Assembly (NCBI GenBank): GCA_051294375.1
Contig: CM119265.1
Span: 9,308,772-9,372,771 of the forward strand
Direction of reading: 5' to 3'
Length of the DNA stretch: 64,000 nt
Source of the DNA: Paraspadella gotoi
Lineage: Eukaryota > Animalia > Chaetognatha
A program made the translations under genes and the position numbers. The notes beneath the pieces are model-generated. The model saw only the letters and a list, made by a program, of their open reading frames with translations, made no database searches and was not told the DNA's origin. This document shows, piece by piece, positions 1 through 12,836 of this stretch (position 1 is its first letter; each line of letters starts with the position of its first letter).

Positions 1-3000
1 TAATCCTGCTGTGAGAAAAAATCCTGCTAAATAAGATTTCCTTGGATTTTGTTTAAAAAAAATGACTGTTCCTGCCAGCAAAAAGTCATTCCTGCCATGA
101 AAAATCCCCTTTAATATTTTTAGTAAAATAGTCCTGCCAACAGGAATTATTCCTGCTGTGAGAACAAAATCCTGCCAAAAGATTTCCTAAGATTTAGTTT
201 GAAAAATGACTGTTCCCTGCCAGCAAAAAATCATTCCTGCCATGAAAAATCCCCTTTAATATTTTTAGTAAAATAGTCCTACCAACAGGAATTATTCCTG
301 CTGTGAGAAAAAAATCCTGCAAAAAGATTTCCTAAGATTTTGTTTGAAAAATGACTGTTCCTGCCAGCAAAAAATCATTCCTGCCATGAAAAATCCCCTT
401 TAATATTTTTAGTAAAATAGTCCTGCCAACAGGAATTATTCCTGCTGTGAGAAAAAATCCTGCCAAAAAGATTTCCTAAGATTTTGTTTGAAAAATGACT
501 GTTCCTGCCAACAAAAATCATTCCTGCCATGAAAAAATCCCCTTTAATATTTTTAGTAAAATAGTCCCTGCAACAGAAATTAATCCTGCTGTGAGAAAAA
601 AATCCTGCTAATAAGATTTCCTTGGATTTTGTTTGAAAAATGACTGTTCCTGCAGCAAAAAGTCATTCCTGCCATGAAAAATCCCCTTTAATATTATTAG
701 TAAAATAGTCCTGCCAACAGGAATTATTCCTGCTGTGAGAAAAAAAATCCTGCCAAAAAGATTTCCTCAGATTTTGTTTGAAAAATGACTGTTCCTGCCA
801 GCAAAAAATCATTCCTGCCATGAAAAATCCCCTTTAATATTTTTTAGTAAAATAGTCCTGCCAACAGGAATTATTCCTGCTGTGAGAAAAAAAATCCTGC
901 TAAAAAGATTTCCTAAGATATTGTTTGAAAAATGACTGTTCCTGCCAGCAAAATCATTCCTGCCATGAAAAATCCCCTTTAATATTTTTAGTAAAATAGT
1001 CCTGCCAACAGAAATTAATCCTGCTGTGAGAAAAAAAATCCTGCTAATAAGATTTCCTTGGATTTTGTTTTGAAAAATGACTGTTCTGCCAGCAAAAAGT
1101 CATTCCTGCCATGAAAAATCCCTTTAATATTTTTAGTAAAATAGTCTGCCAACAGGAATTATTCCTGCTGTGAGAAAAAAATCCTGCCAAAAAGATTTCC
1201 TAAGATTTTGTTTGAAAATGACTGTTCCTGCCAGCAAAAAAATCATTCCTGCCATGAAAAATCCCCTTTAATATTTTTAGTAAAATAGTCTGCCAACAGG
1301 AATTATTCCTGCTGTGAGAAAAAAAATCCTGCAAAAGATTTCCTAAGGTTTTGTTTGAAAAATGACTGTTCCTGCCAGCAAAAAATCATTCCTGCCATGA
1401 AAATCCCCTTTAATATTTTTAGTAAAATAGTCCTGCCAACAGAAAATATTCCTGCTGTGAGAAAAAAATCCTGCCAAAAGATTTCTTCAGATTTTGTTTG
1501 AAAAATGACTGTTCCTGCCAGCAAAAAATCATTTCCTGCCATGAAAAATCCCCTTTAATATTTTTAGTAAAATAGTCCTGCCAACAGGAATTATTCCTGC
1601 TGTGAGAAAAAAAATCCTGCTAAAAGATTCCTAAGATATTGTTTGAAAAATGACTGTTCCTGCCAGCAAAAAATCATTCCTGCCATGAAAAATCCCCTTT
1701 AATATTTTAGTAAAATAGTCCTGCAACAGAAATTAATCCTGCTGTGAGAAAAAAATCCTGCTAATAAGATTTCCTTGGATTTTGTTAAAAAATGACTGTT
1801 CCTGCCAGCAAAAAGTCATTCCTGCCATGAAAAATCCCCTTTAATATTTTTAGTAAAATAGTCCTGCCAACAGAATTATTCCTGCTGTGAGAACAAAATC
1901 CTGCCAAAAAGATTTCCTAAGATTTAGTTTTGAAAAATGACTGTTCCTGCCAGCAAAAAATCATTCCTGCCATGAAAAATCCCCTTTAATATTTTTAGTA
2001 AAATAGTCCTACCAACAGGAATTATTCCTGCTGTGAGAAAAAAATCCTGCCAAAAGATTTCCTAAGATTTTGTTTGAAAAATGACTGTTCCTGCCAGCAA
2101 AAAATCATTCCTGCCATGAAAAATCCCCTTTAATATTTTTAGTAAAATAGTCCTGCCAACAGGAATTATTCCTGCTGTGAGAAAAAAATCCTGCCAAAAA
2201 GAATTTCCTAAGATTTTGTTTGAAAAATGACTGTTCCTGCAACAAAAAATCATTCCTTGCCATGAAAAATCCCCTTTAATATTTTTAGTAAAATAGTCCT
2301 GCCAACAGAAATTAATCCTGCTGTGAGAAAAAAATCCTGCTAATAAGATTTCCTTGGATTTTGTTTGAAAAATGACTGTTCCTGCCAGCAAAAAGTCATT
2401 CCTGCCATGAAAAATCCCCTTTAATATTTTTAGTAAAATAGTCCTGCCACAGGAATTATTCCTGCTGTGAGAAAAAAATCCTGCAAAAAGATTTCCTCAG
2501 ATTTTGTTTGAAAAAATGACTGTTCCTGCCAGCAAAAAAATCATTCCTGCCATGAAAAATCCCCTTTATATTTTTAGTAAAATAGTCCTGCCAACAGGAA
2601 TTATTCCTGCTGTGAGAAAAAAAATCCTGCCAAAAGATTTCCTAAGATTTTGTTTGAAAAATGACTGTTCCTGCCAGCAAAAAATCATTCCTGCCATGAA
2701 AAATCCCCTTTAATATTTTTTTAGTAAAATAGTCCTGCCAACAGGAATTATTCCTGCTGTGAGAAAAAAAAATCCTGCCAAAAAGATTTTCTAAGGTTTT
2801 GTTTGAAAAATGACTGTTCCCTGCCAGCAAAAAATCATTCCTGCCATGAAAAATCCCCTTTAATATTTTAGTAAAATAGTCCTGCCAACAGAAAATATTC
2901 CTGCTGTGAGAAAAAATCCTGGCCAAAAGATTTCCTCAGATTTTGTTTGAAAAATGACTGTTTCCCTGCCAACAAAAATCATTCCTGCCATGAAAAATCC

Positions 3001-3790
3001 CCTTTAATATTTTTAGTAAAATAGTCCTGCCAACAGAAATTAATCATGCTGTGAGAAAAAAATCCTACTAATAAGATTTCCTTGGATTTTGTTTGAAAAT
3101 GACCTGTTCCTGCAGCAAAAAAAGTCATTCCTGCCATGAAAAATCCCCTTTAATATTTTAGTAAAATAGTCCTGCCAACAGGAATTATTCCTGCTGTGAG
3201 AAAAAAATCCTGCCAAAAAGATTTCCTAAGATTTTGTTTGAAAATGACTGTTCCTGCCAGCAAAAAATCATTCCTGCCATGAAAAATCCCCTTTAATATT
3301 ATTTTTAGTAAAATAGTCCTGCCAACAGAAAATATTCCTGCTGTGAGAAAAAAATCCTGCCAAAAAAGATTTCCTAAGATTTTGTTTGAAAAATGACTGT
3401 TCCTGCCAACAAAAAATCATTCCTGCCATGAAAAATTCCCCTTTATTATTTTAGTAAAATAGTCCTGCCAACAGAAATTAATCCTGCTGTGAGAAAAAAA
3501 TCCTGCTAATAAGATTTCCTGGATTTTGTTTGAAAAAATGACTGTTCCTGCCAGCAAAAAATCATTCCTGCCATGAAAAATCCCCTTTAATATTTTTAGT
3601 AAAATAGTCCTGCCAACGGAAATTAATCCTCTGTGAGAAAAAAATCCTGCTAATAAGATTTCCTTGGATTTTGTTTGAAAAATGACTGTTCCTGCCAGCA
3701 AAAAGTCATTCCTGCCATGAAAAATCCCCTTTAATATTTTTAGTAAAATAGTCCTGCCAACTGAAATAATCCTGCTTTAAGAAAAAAATC
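1..3790. repeat. Tandem satellite array, ~143-146 bp monomer, ~26 copies, truncated by the window start
   Basis: Monomer ~AAAATAGTCCTGCCAACAGGAATTATTCCTGCTGTGAGAAAAAAATCCTGCCAAAAGATTTCCTAAGATTTTGTTTGAAAAATGACTGTTCCTGCCAGCAAAAAATCATTCCTGCCATGAAAAATCCCCTTTAATATTTTTAGT repeats continuously (TAGTAAAATAG at 121, 267, 410...). Copies differ mainly in homopolymer length and a few diagnostic substitutions. Confidence 0.97.
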
Positions 3791-4046
3791 CTGCTAATAA
3801 GATTTCCAATTCTTTTTTGTTCAATCCTGCCAGGAGTGATAATCCTGCTGTAAAAAAGTCCCTGAAGGCCAATCAAAAAAAAAACGTTCCTGCAAATATA
3901 TCAATCCTGCTAAGGAAAATCCGTGATTACAATCAGAGTGATCCTGCCAGTCCTGCTATCATATTTCCGAAATTCGTTAGGTTTTTTTTTTATCCTAATC
4001 CTGCCAAATCTGACCCCAAATTCCTGCCAATGAGCAGAAACCCCTG
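3790..4046 (-). mobile_element. Degenerate TCCTGC-rich satellite flank ending in a possible hAT-like terminus (CAGGGGTTTCTGC on - strand)
   Basis: TCCTGC motifs persist irregularly to ~4028, then GCAGAAACCCCTG ends at 4046. Many hAT elements begin CAG(G/T)G. The other end is outside the window, so TIR and TSD cannot be verified. Confidence 0.35.
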
Positions 4047-5243
4047 TTCTTCGTTGTTCGTGTTCATTGTCTTTTGATCGCTAAACGTCCGGAGAAATGA
4101 CGTTTATTCTCTTCTCCCGGGTTTTTGCATATTTTTTTTACAGTAAACAACCGTTTTTTGGCGCCTAGGGATCAAACGGAGTTTCAAATGCTAATTCTAT
4201 GGATTACCAAGTTATTTACCGATATTAAAAAGATTTATTTTGGTTTCTGGCTAACGGACGAATTTTACTAAAAAGTTCAGGATTACGTATTTCTAGGGTT
4301 ATTTTGGAGTTATTCTGCAGTTCTATAAAATATATTGAAAATATTAGTGTACTGCTATCCTCTCTCTTTAATGCGGACTAAAAACAATTTTTTTCGTGGA
4401 GCATCTTTACTAAACGAAAGAAAATAACTAAACTGGAGAATTCCATGAAGTCAAAATTATTTTTTCGTACCTTTTTAGCGCTGAGGGATATTGATGTGAA
4501 GGAAAAGTGAAATTTTATATTCCACTTGAATTTTTGATAACATTAATGCATATGCCATATTCTTCCTACAGTATATTTAAAAAAAAAAGATTTTGAAGTT
4601 TTAATGAGTATTTGGTTTTACTACCACTTCTGGATGTGTAGCGAGGTCAAAACCGAGTTTTGATCCTGTACAGGGTGTCACAGGCGTGAAAGGGTTAAAA
4701 GATCGGATGATGAAATTTGGGTGAAGGATGAATTGTCTTCTCATCCTCGTTTTCACGACGGGACATTTCTAAACGAAAAACCACAGGGAAAAAAGTTCAC
4801 GTCGTTATATGGGATGGCGAAAAGGAAATCCAATTGGTGCAGCGACTCAGAACTGGGGAGTTTGGGAGTTCATGGTGCGAGAAGCTGAGTTCGAGGAAGG
4901 GGTGCTCTTTGAGGACGACGACGACGACGACGACGAAGATTGTAAATCAGCGACTTTTGGAGTCAAGCTTTTGCAATTCATGCCGACGACAATGGACGAC
5001 GACGTCGCTCGAATTACGCCGAAAAAGATCGACGGAGCGAAAACAAAGGACAACGGAATAAAATCAAAACAAAACTCAGAAGCGAGAATTTTCAAAAAGT
5101 CGAATTTAATGGAGCGAGAAATTTTTTGGGTGAGGCGAGGGATTGTGAATTGGGGCGCTTGTGACGGAATGTCGAGCTAAAAATAGAATGTGACTCCTGA
5201 TTCGCCCTCCCGTGAAAGGAAAAATTATTCTTTTAGGGGAGAG

Positions 5244-5317
<74 letters not shown>

Positions 5318-6589
5318 AAAAAATGAAAAATGCCAAAATTTGTGAAATGAAGGAATCAAAAAAATAAGGATTCAGAATTTTCAGAATTTTCAATGCGCGG
5401 TATGATTTTGATCGTGGGTCGGATTTTTTCCGTCCTCCAATTTTATGTCCGAATTATTTTCGTCAACTGGAGTTCATGGGAGGACGATGCGCTTGATGGA
5501 GGATCAATGGAGGATCAATTGGAGGATCAATGGAATCGATGGCGCAATTGAAAGATTTCGCCTCAATTTCGCGTTTGCATCACAAAAGAGGAAAAGTCGA
5601 AAAATTAAAGAAAATCGGATAAAACGTTAAAAGAGACGAAATGATAGGAGAATGATTGGGAAATGTTGGAAGAAGAGTTGTGGGATGGAATGATTGGGAA
5701 ATGTTGAATGCTCCTTTTGTGATAAATAGAAAGAAGGAGGTAACCGACGAAAGATTAATTTGCATATTTCCGACAAGTATTGAAGTTAAAGGATTACAGT
5801 TGATAATTTTTTTTAATAGGAAAGATGTTCTCAGACTCAACAAAATTATGACTTTCATTTTTTTATAGAATTTACGATCGCTTACCCTTTAAAAACTGTC
5901 TCCAGCAACTTGTATTCTTCATACAAACAATATTATTTAGTACTCTATATTTTTCCCAACATTCCTATCCTAGATGATAAATTAGACAAGGAAATAGACA
6001 ACGAAAATAAGTTCTTTTTGGTTGCTCTCTCGTTTCCGTCACTCGGTAACATTATCCAAATTTTCTCACGATTTCTATTCGACTTTGTTGTGTTTTTCCA
6101 AATCGCATCTCGCAAACGCGGGATTCCACTTTGACGGAATTTCTTGTTTTTTCCTAAATGTTTTTTTTTTCCGGTTTTTTTTTCTCCCAGATTCTCGTCT
6201 CGTAGTCTTTTGTCTGTTTTTTTTCTTCCGTCGTCGGAATCTTGTCTCTCGGCAACGAAAAGGACAACAACGAACAATGATTTCCCCCCCCCCTCTTCGA
6301 ATCATCGTCACATCTTCTCTCTAACTCGGCAACTTTGTTGTCACCAAATATTATAAGACGACGCTGATTTGCTTGCAACTCTGGCAACCAACAAGTAAGG
6401 CGCTTGCAACTCGGCAACAATCAGATGGCGCTCGCATCTCGGGCAACGGAGACAAGTGTTTCGCGTCGAATTCTCTTCAAATTTCGAGTTTCCGCGTCGT
6501 TGAAAGTTCGACCCAAATTATTTTTTTTCTGGCGTGAAATCTCTCTCGCCCACAACGCGTAGGAAAGATGCGGTACGCCCTTGGCCTTC

Positions 6590-6644
6590 CCTTTCCTCTT
6601 CTCTCTTCTCTCTCTTCTCTCTTCTCTTTCTCTCTTTCTCTCTC

Positions 6645-6740
<96 letters not shown>

Positions 6741-6758
6741 TTTCTCTCTCTCTCTCTC
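6590..6758. repeat. (CT)n/(GA)n microsatellite, representative of many in the window
   Basis: Direct inspection. Others at ~5238-5312, 7395-7490, 12745-12835, 32370-32585, 40582-40665, 44350-44430, 51908-51986, 52103-52188. Confidence 0.95.
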
Positions 6759-7396
6759 ATTCTAATTTTCCCTTCCCGTTCGCTTCATTTTAAAACCCAA
6801 AAAAGTTTCTCAGGAATTTGTTTGTTTAGTGTTTGTTATTTAGTTTGATTATTTCACCTTTTTTTCCCGACGCAAATTTTGTTCTTCCATTTACGGAAAC
6901 TCTTTCAAATCAAGATTCACTTCACGGTTTCCAAAACGGCGCGACTCTGTCTAATTAAATTCTTTTAGAAACAAGGTTACAAGGTTTGACTCTATGTTCA
7001 AAGATTCTTCGGGTTCCGATTGCTTCCTTTGACGTTCGGAACAAAGTTTGGGGTCAGAAGAGATTCATTCATTCGTTAGACGTGAATTCCTGAATTCATT
7101 TCTTCTCATCTTGTTTAATTTATTCATTCATTATATAAAAGTTATATTCACAATTCATTCTTCATCTTCTATCTTGCTACTCTCTCAATGTGTCTTTAAA
7201 AAGTAAACTTTGTATATATAAACCGTAATCGCATTGTTAAAAATTAAAACTTAAGCTTAGTAATAGTATGTTCCTTGTTTTATATTACGTTATGGTTAAT
7301 CAAATTACACAGAATTTTGATTTATTTTTTCCCCAAAAGAGAAGAAACGAAAAAATCGTTCCTTCACATTTTTTTCTCACGCTGTTTTTTTTTGCT

Positions 7397-7491
<95 letters not shown>

Positions 7492-8202
7492 CTTAAGTCT
7501 CGGCATCGATTCGTGTCCCGGCAACAACTCCCCGGAAAAACAATCGTGGGTCGCTAAATGCCATCCGGATGCCGACAGGAAAAAAATTGTTGACTGATTC
7601 CAAAGTTGCTCTTTTTTTTTTCTGTTGTTTTCATCGGAATTCGTTTTTGTCTTTTTGTTTTAAGATTTTGTTGCACAGTTTTTCGCCAAAATTCCAGCAT
7701 CTCTCAGCAACGAGCGAGGACTCTTTGACTCTTTCTCTCTCAACCCTCTCCTATCTCTCTCTCTCTCTCACTACCTCTGCCTCCCTCTTCCCTCGCCTCA
7801 CCCCCCTCAAAAAAGACTACTCAATATCATCGCTCCCTCCGTCATTTTTAAAGGAGCTTTTTACTCCTTTTCAACTCGGTCAACATTTTTCGATCTACAA
7901 AAACAAATTCGATGCCAAAAATCGCGTTAGGTTTTAATTTCGATGGGAAAATAAAAGGAAATTTTCACTCGGGACGAAATAAAAATGAATGTATATTTTG
8001 GTGAGTGAATGATGNNNNNNNNNNNNNNNNNNNNNNNNNNNNNNNNNNNNNNNNNNNNNNNNNNNNNNNNNNNNNNNNNNNNNNNNNNNNNNNNNNNNNN
8101 NNNNNNNNNNNNNNNNNNNNNNNNNNNNNNNNNNNNNNNNNNNNNNNNNNNNNNNNNNNNNNNNNNNNNNNNNNNNNNNNNNNNNNNNNNNNNNGAGAGA
8201 GA

Positions 8203-8233
<31 letters not shown>

Positions 8234-10308
8234 TAATAATTTTCTTGCGGATTCAAAGTTTTGAGATTTTTGTTGACTTTGGAAGCGAATGACTCTGCCT
8301 TCTTTTTTTTTGTTTTGTTTATCTTGGATCCTCAGTGATTTGGTGAAAAACTGTGAGTCGGGGTATCGCCGTATTTCGCCGCAGCTTTGCGGAGCATCGC
8401 GCAGCATTCGTAAGGCATTAAAAAGCATCCCCGGAATCGTAAAGCATATCGTTGGGCATATCGCAAAGTATTAGCGATCAATTATCACTCTGTAGGAGAT
8501 GAAAAAAATATCCGAGGCTTAGCTCGTTTTTTACAAATCTTTTCAACTAATTCGTTCCCAGAACTAAATTCTTAATAACATTAATCAAAGAGCGAAGTAC
8601 GGAAGACTTAGCTCGAGGTCGGCGAACCGTCTCAACCAAAACAAGAACCGAAATTAGTTACGTACTGCACTTGAAAAATAGGAAAACTTTTTAAAAAAAA
8701 TTAATGTTTTAAATACACGAAATAGAAATATATAAAAAGTTTTGAGATGTTTTGGATGGAGGTTGATCGGAATGAATGGAGAGATGGACGGAGGGATGAA
8801 ATATGAATGCGAATCTCGATTCATTCATTTTAATTCGGATGAATCTTTTTTTTAAATTTTTTTTCCTGATCTCAGTTTTTACCTACTTATATCCATTTTT
8901 TTGGGTTTCTTTACAAAATTCTTCTTTTTTTTTATTCCTGCGTTAAATGTCTTGTATTTTACAATTTCTTTTAATTTTATCTTCCTTCTTATAATTTCTA
9001 TTCTTACACTGTTACAGTCTCCGTTTTTCCCGCCTTCTTTCTACTTAATAGTAATTCCATCTTTTGTCTCTCCCTCTCTCTCCCTTTCGAAAGGCCATCC
9101 ACTCCCTCTCCCTTCCTTCTCCCATCCCTTTCCCCATCCCTTTCCCCATCCCTTTCCGCTTCCCCAACACGTGCGACTTGTTTGACGTCAAGACGTTTTT
9201 CTCACGCGCGTCGTCGTCGTCGTCGTTTCTCAGATTCGTTTTCGCCACTAACGCCTTGTTGGCCGCACGTGGCGTCAGTTTCCGTTTTCGTCGTCGTCGT
9301 CGTCGTCGTCGTCAGCTCATCAAACAAGAGGGTGACACGACGCGGCTTGCGAAGACGTCACCGAACAGATTTCGCGGTCGCCAATCGTCGTCGTCGTCGT
9401 CGTCGTCAGTCGAGGTTGACGTTTCGATGGGGGATTTCGTCTTCGCGAATTCCGAATCCTCTTTTCGTCCATCACGAGTTGTCTTCACGCGCCTGTGAAA
9501 TCCAGAGAGGGAATATTTAATTATCTGAAGGATTTGACGATGCCTCTTCCTTATGTCGATTGAGTAAGTTTGAGTACGAGTGTTTATTACTAAAACAAAA
9601 TTGGAAAGTTTAACGAGAGAGATAAAATTTTAATAATTTTGACGATTATTTCCGACTTTTCGTCTGTTTTTATCAATACTCCTTCTTATTTACAAGGACC
9701 TAACTTTAACTCCAAATTGTTTGGCTCAATTATTGTTCGTTTTTCCAGTGTCTACTGTACCGCTTCCTCTTTCAATTACTTTCTCAGATTCCCGCTTTCT
9801 TTTCTTTCTACGCGCGGATCTAAGAGAAGATGGAAGCCGTCGACGATGTTTTATTGCAGAAAAGACAACGCGACGGGGCGTGACCGCGCGAAATAAGATC
9901 CTCGGTGACGTCATCCGTCTCGCGCGAAAGAGAAATAAGTCGAATGAAAAGGGCGTCGTTGATATTCGCTGCAGAGTGAGATAGTCGGGCGGTTCTCGGG
10001 CGGTTCGCGGGCGTAATCACGCTTTTCGTAGGGTAAGTAAATTGACGTAGACGTAGACGTAGGGTAAGTAAATTGTTGGGATCGTCGTGGTCAGTGACTG
10101 GTCAGTGACTGGTCACAACTGAAGATACGATGTCTTTAGAATTTGGCAATGCCCGCTTTGCTCGTTACAAGCCCTGCGTTTTACTTTTTTCCTACGACCA
10201 AATGCAAAGCTATCAGTTCTTTCTTTCGCCTTTGCCCTTTTCTTTTCTTCGTTTTCTTTTCTTTTCTTTTCCTTTGCGTGCGCCACTCGGTTCGTGAGAA
10301 CCGTCGCA

Positions 10309-10322
10309 GTTGTCATGGCAAC
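10309..10322. promoter_or_regulatory. RFX X-box-like motif GTTGTCATGGCAAC
   Basis: Near-palindromic match to the RFX X-box GTTNCCATGGNAAC, with a CSL-type CGTGAGAA at 10293-10300. Function untested. Confidence 0.4.
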
Positions 10323-10512
10323 CGTTATTCTCGCGGGAGGCGTCGCCTTTCGCGCGCGTGATGACACGTGGTTCGGCGACGTCTCGACGTTTTGTGTTAC
10401 GCGGGAGACGTCACAAATCTCGCGCGGATTTTAATGACGCAAAAATAAAAACTACGACGACGTAAAATTTCTGACGAGAGTAATAAAAGAGGGGAAAAGA
10501 TAGAAAGATAGA

Positions 10513-10513
10513 T

Positions 10514-10595
<82 letters not shown>

Positions 10596-10612
10596 GAAGG
10601 AAGGAAAGAAAG
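10513..10612. repeat. (GAAA)n tetranucleotide microsatellite
   Basis: Perfect GAAA run grading into GGAA. Confidence 0.95.
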
Positions 10613-12738
10613 AACGATTTCACAGAATATGTTTTAAAGAGAAAAGCGACGTCCTTTACTCTCGTGAATCTTGGAGAGATCACGTGGCATCTCGCGAATT
10701 TTCGTGAGAATCCCAACCAAGAAAAATCTGCGAGCGACGCGTCGTCCATCAACGCCACTTCCGGTCTCGTGGGAGTTTCTTTTTTTCTCATACTCCGTCT
10801 CTGTCATTTTCTCTCTCTCTGTCTCCCTCTCTCTTTTTACCCGGCAGCGTTTAGTCTTTTCTCTCAGGCTTTAATCTCTCTTTCCATCCGACGGTCCTCT
10901 TCACTCTCTCCTTCATCGTCTCTCTCTCAATCTGTCTCTCTCTCTCTCTTTCACTCCGCGCGCACGTGAGCGACGCATCGTTCCCATACGGCTTTGGCGC
11001 CTTTTTCTCACGATGACACCCAAACCACGCCCCGTGGCCATACGTGAGCGCCGCAGTGAAGGGGGATGGGGGACACTTAAATATTTCTTTCTTTTCTCCG
11101 TTCTCTTTTTGTTTTCTTTCTTTCTTTCTTTCTTTCTTTCTTTAGTTCACTTTATTTTTTACTCTTTTTTTGGCATTTTTCAGATGCTTAATGTTTTCTC
11201 CCGCTCTCTCTCTGACTTTCTTCTTCTCCCTCTCTCTCTCACTCTCTCCCTTTCCGTCTCCCCCTCTCCCTCTCTCTCCCCACCAACTCTCTTCCGCACG
11301 AGATCAACCGCCGCCACGCGTTGGACGCCTCCCCAAAACTCTCTCTCCTCTCAAAGGAAAGAGATTCCGCGGAATGGAATCTCGATGCCATCCTCTTTGG
11401 CGGAAACGCAATCCGTTGATGGAATCGGTGAGGGGGGTCGTGGGATTGGGGCGGTCGAGGTGGCAGGGAGGTCTAAAATATTGGGGAGGGGATTTGAAGG
11501 TACCCTGGCAAGGTACCTTCTTAGTAGGTCAGTGGTAAAATGTTATAGAAAAGAGTTAACGGAATTGGTAAAGTTCGGTAGTAGCTGAACTCATGTCAAG
11601 TATTATTAGTAAGTTTTAAAAATAAAGTGTTAACAGCACTTCTGTAGTGGTTAGGATTTTGCTGTGGAGGGTAGGAGTTACTTCGACAAGAGACCGCAGG
11701 GAGGCGTGGGAGTTTCGACGTGGCCTTTGACATCCTCGTCGTCGTCGTCGTCGTCGTCGTCGTCAATTCCAGAGTCAATCGTGGAATTCTTTCTTTTTTT
11801 TATTTTCGAACGATTTTTCCTTCTTTCTTTTTCTTCTTTCTATTTTTACTCTCGATTTTTTCGGAGGCGAAAAGTCGCGTTTGGAAAAAGCGTGGGAATT
11901 CGAGGGGAAAATCGAGGGAAGTAGGACTAAGCTCTCGACGAAAATAAGTCAGAGGTTTTTTTAATATTATTGCTTTGAACCGGCCAAGTGTAGAATGATG
12001 GCATATTGCTATTTTTTAAGTTTCAAAAAAATGCGACATAAATAGTAGAAAATATTAACGCAAAATCTTCGAAAATCCACCGCGCTTCTTTGGAAGATTT
12101 TCGCCTATTAAGATTTGTGTTCCAAAATCTGACTCCCGGTTGAAAACTCTTAGAATTCGCAGTGGCCGTTCGCGTCGCTCTTTAACTTTTACTTTAAATA
12201 AAAATTTCAGCAAAATGGAACTAATTCACTTTAACATGATTGTATCATATTAGAAATAAACGCAAATGAAATGTAAAAAAAAAGTTTTGAGAGCCCTTCC
12301 AGACATATTTGCTATCGGATTCCTGAATTCGAAGTTTTATTGTATAAACTGACAACATGACCTAAATGGGTTGAACATTGTAATTGAAGGTGAGCAAAGT
12401 CCTTATTTTAATATATAAAAATTGCGTCAAAAATATTTTGCCCGAGCGGAACGCAGTCCATTTGAATGCGACTGGTTGCCAATGTCAAAATGATGGTTAT
12501 TTGTCAAGAGAAAAAAAAATGCGAGCCCTTCAGCATGCAACAGGATGCGGAATCAAGTGTTTTTATACAATCTATTTTACGCCGAATTTTTTCCCAGGGG
12601 GCGTTGACATTTATGTTGGTAGGATGCAGATATTGAACGAAAATCTCCCATTGAAAAAAGTCTTCCTGCGAATTTCTAAGAACGACGTAGACTCGCTAAG
12701 GGAAGGTGGGAAAATCGAAAAAGGATGTGGGTGGAGTC

Positions 12739-12836
<98 letters not shown>

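Noticed and set aside
1303-3701. Several 70-110 aa ORFs in the first 3.8 kb; also considered as a CRISPR-like array
   Set aside because: They are translations of the satellite monomer. There are no unique spacers and the context is eukaryotic.
4660-4698. piggyBac-like end (CGTGAAAGGG-TTAA)
   Set aside because: No matching left TTAACCCTTT terminus was found, so it is not supportable as an element.
6518-7597. ORFs rich in SLSLSL / RERERE (here and throughout the window)
   Set aside because: Products of (CT)n/(GA)n microsatellites.
11013-11588. 191-aa ORF
   Set aside because: Largely low-complexity CT/T-rich sequence with no domain or coding-like codon pattern.
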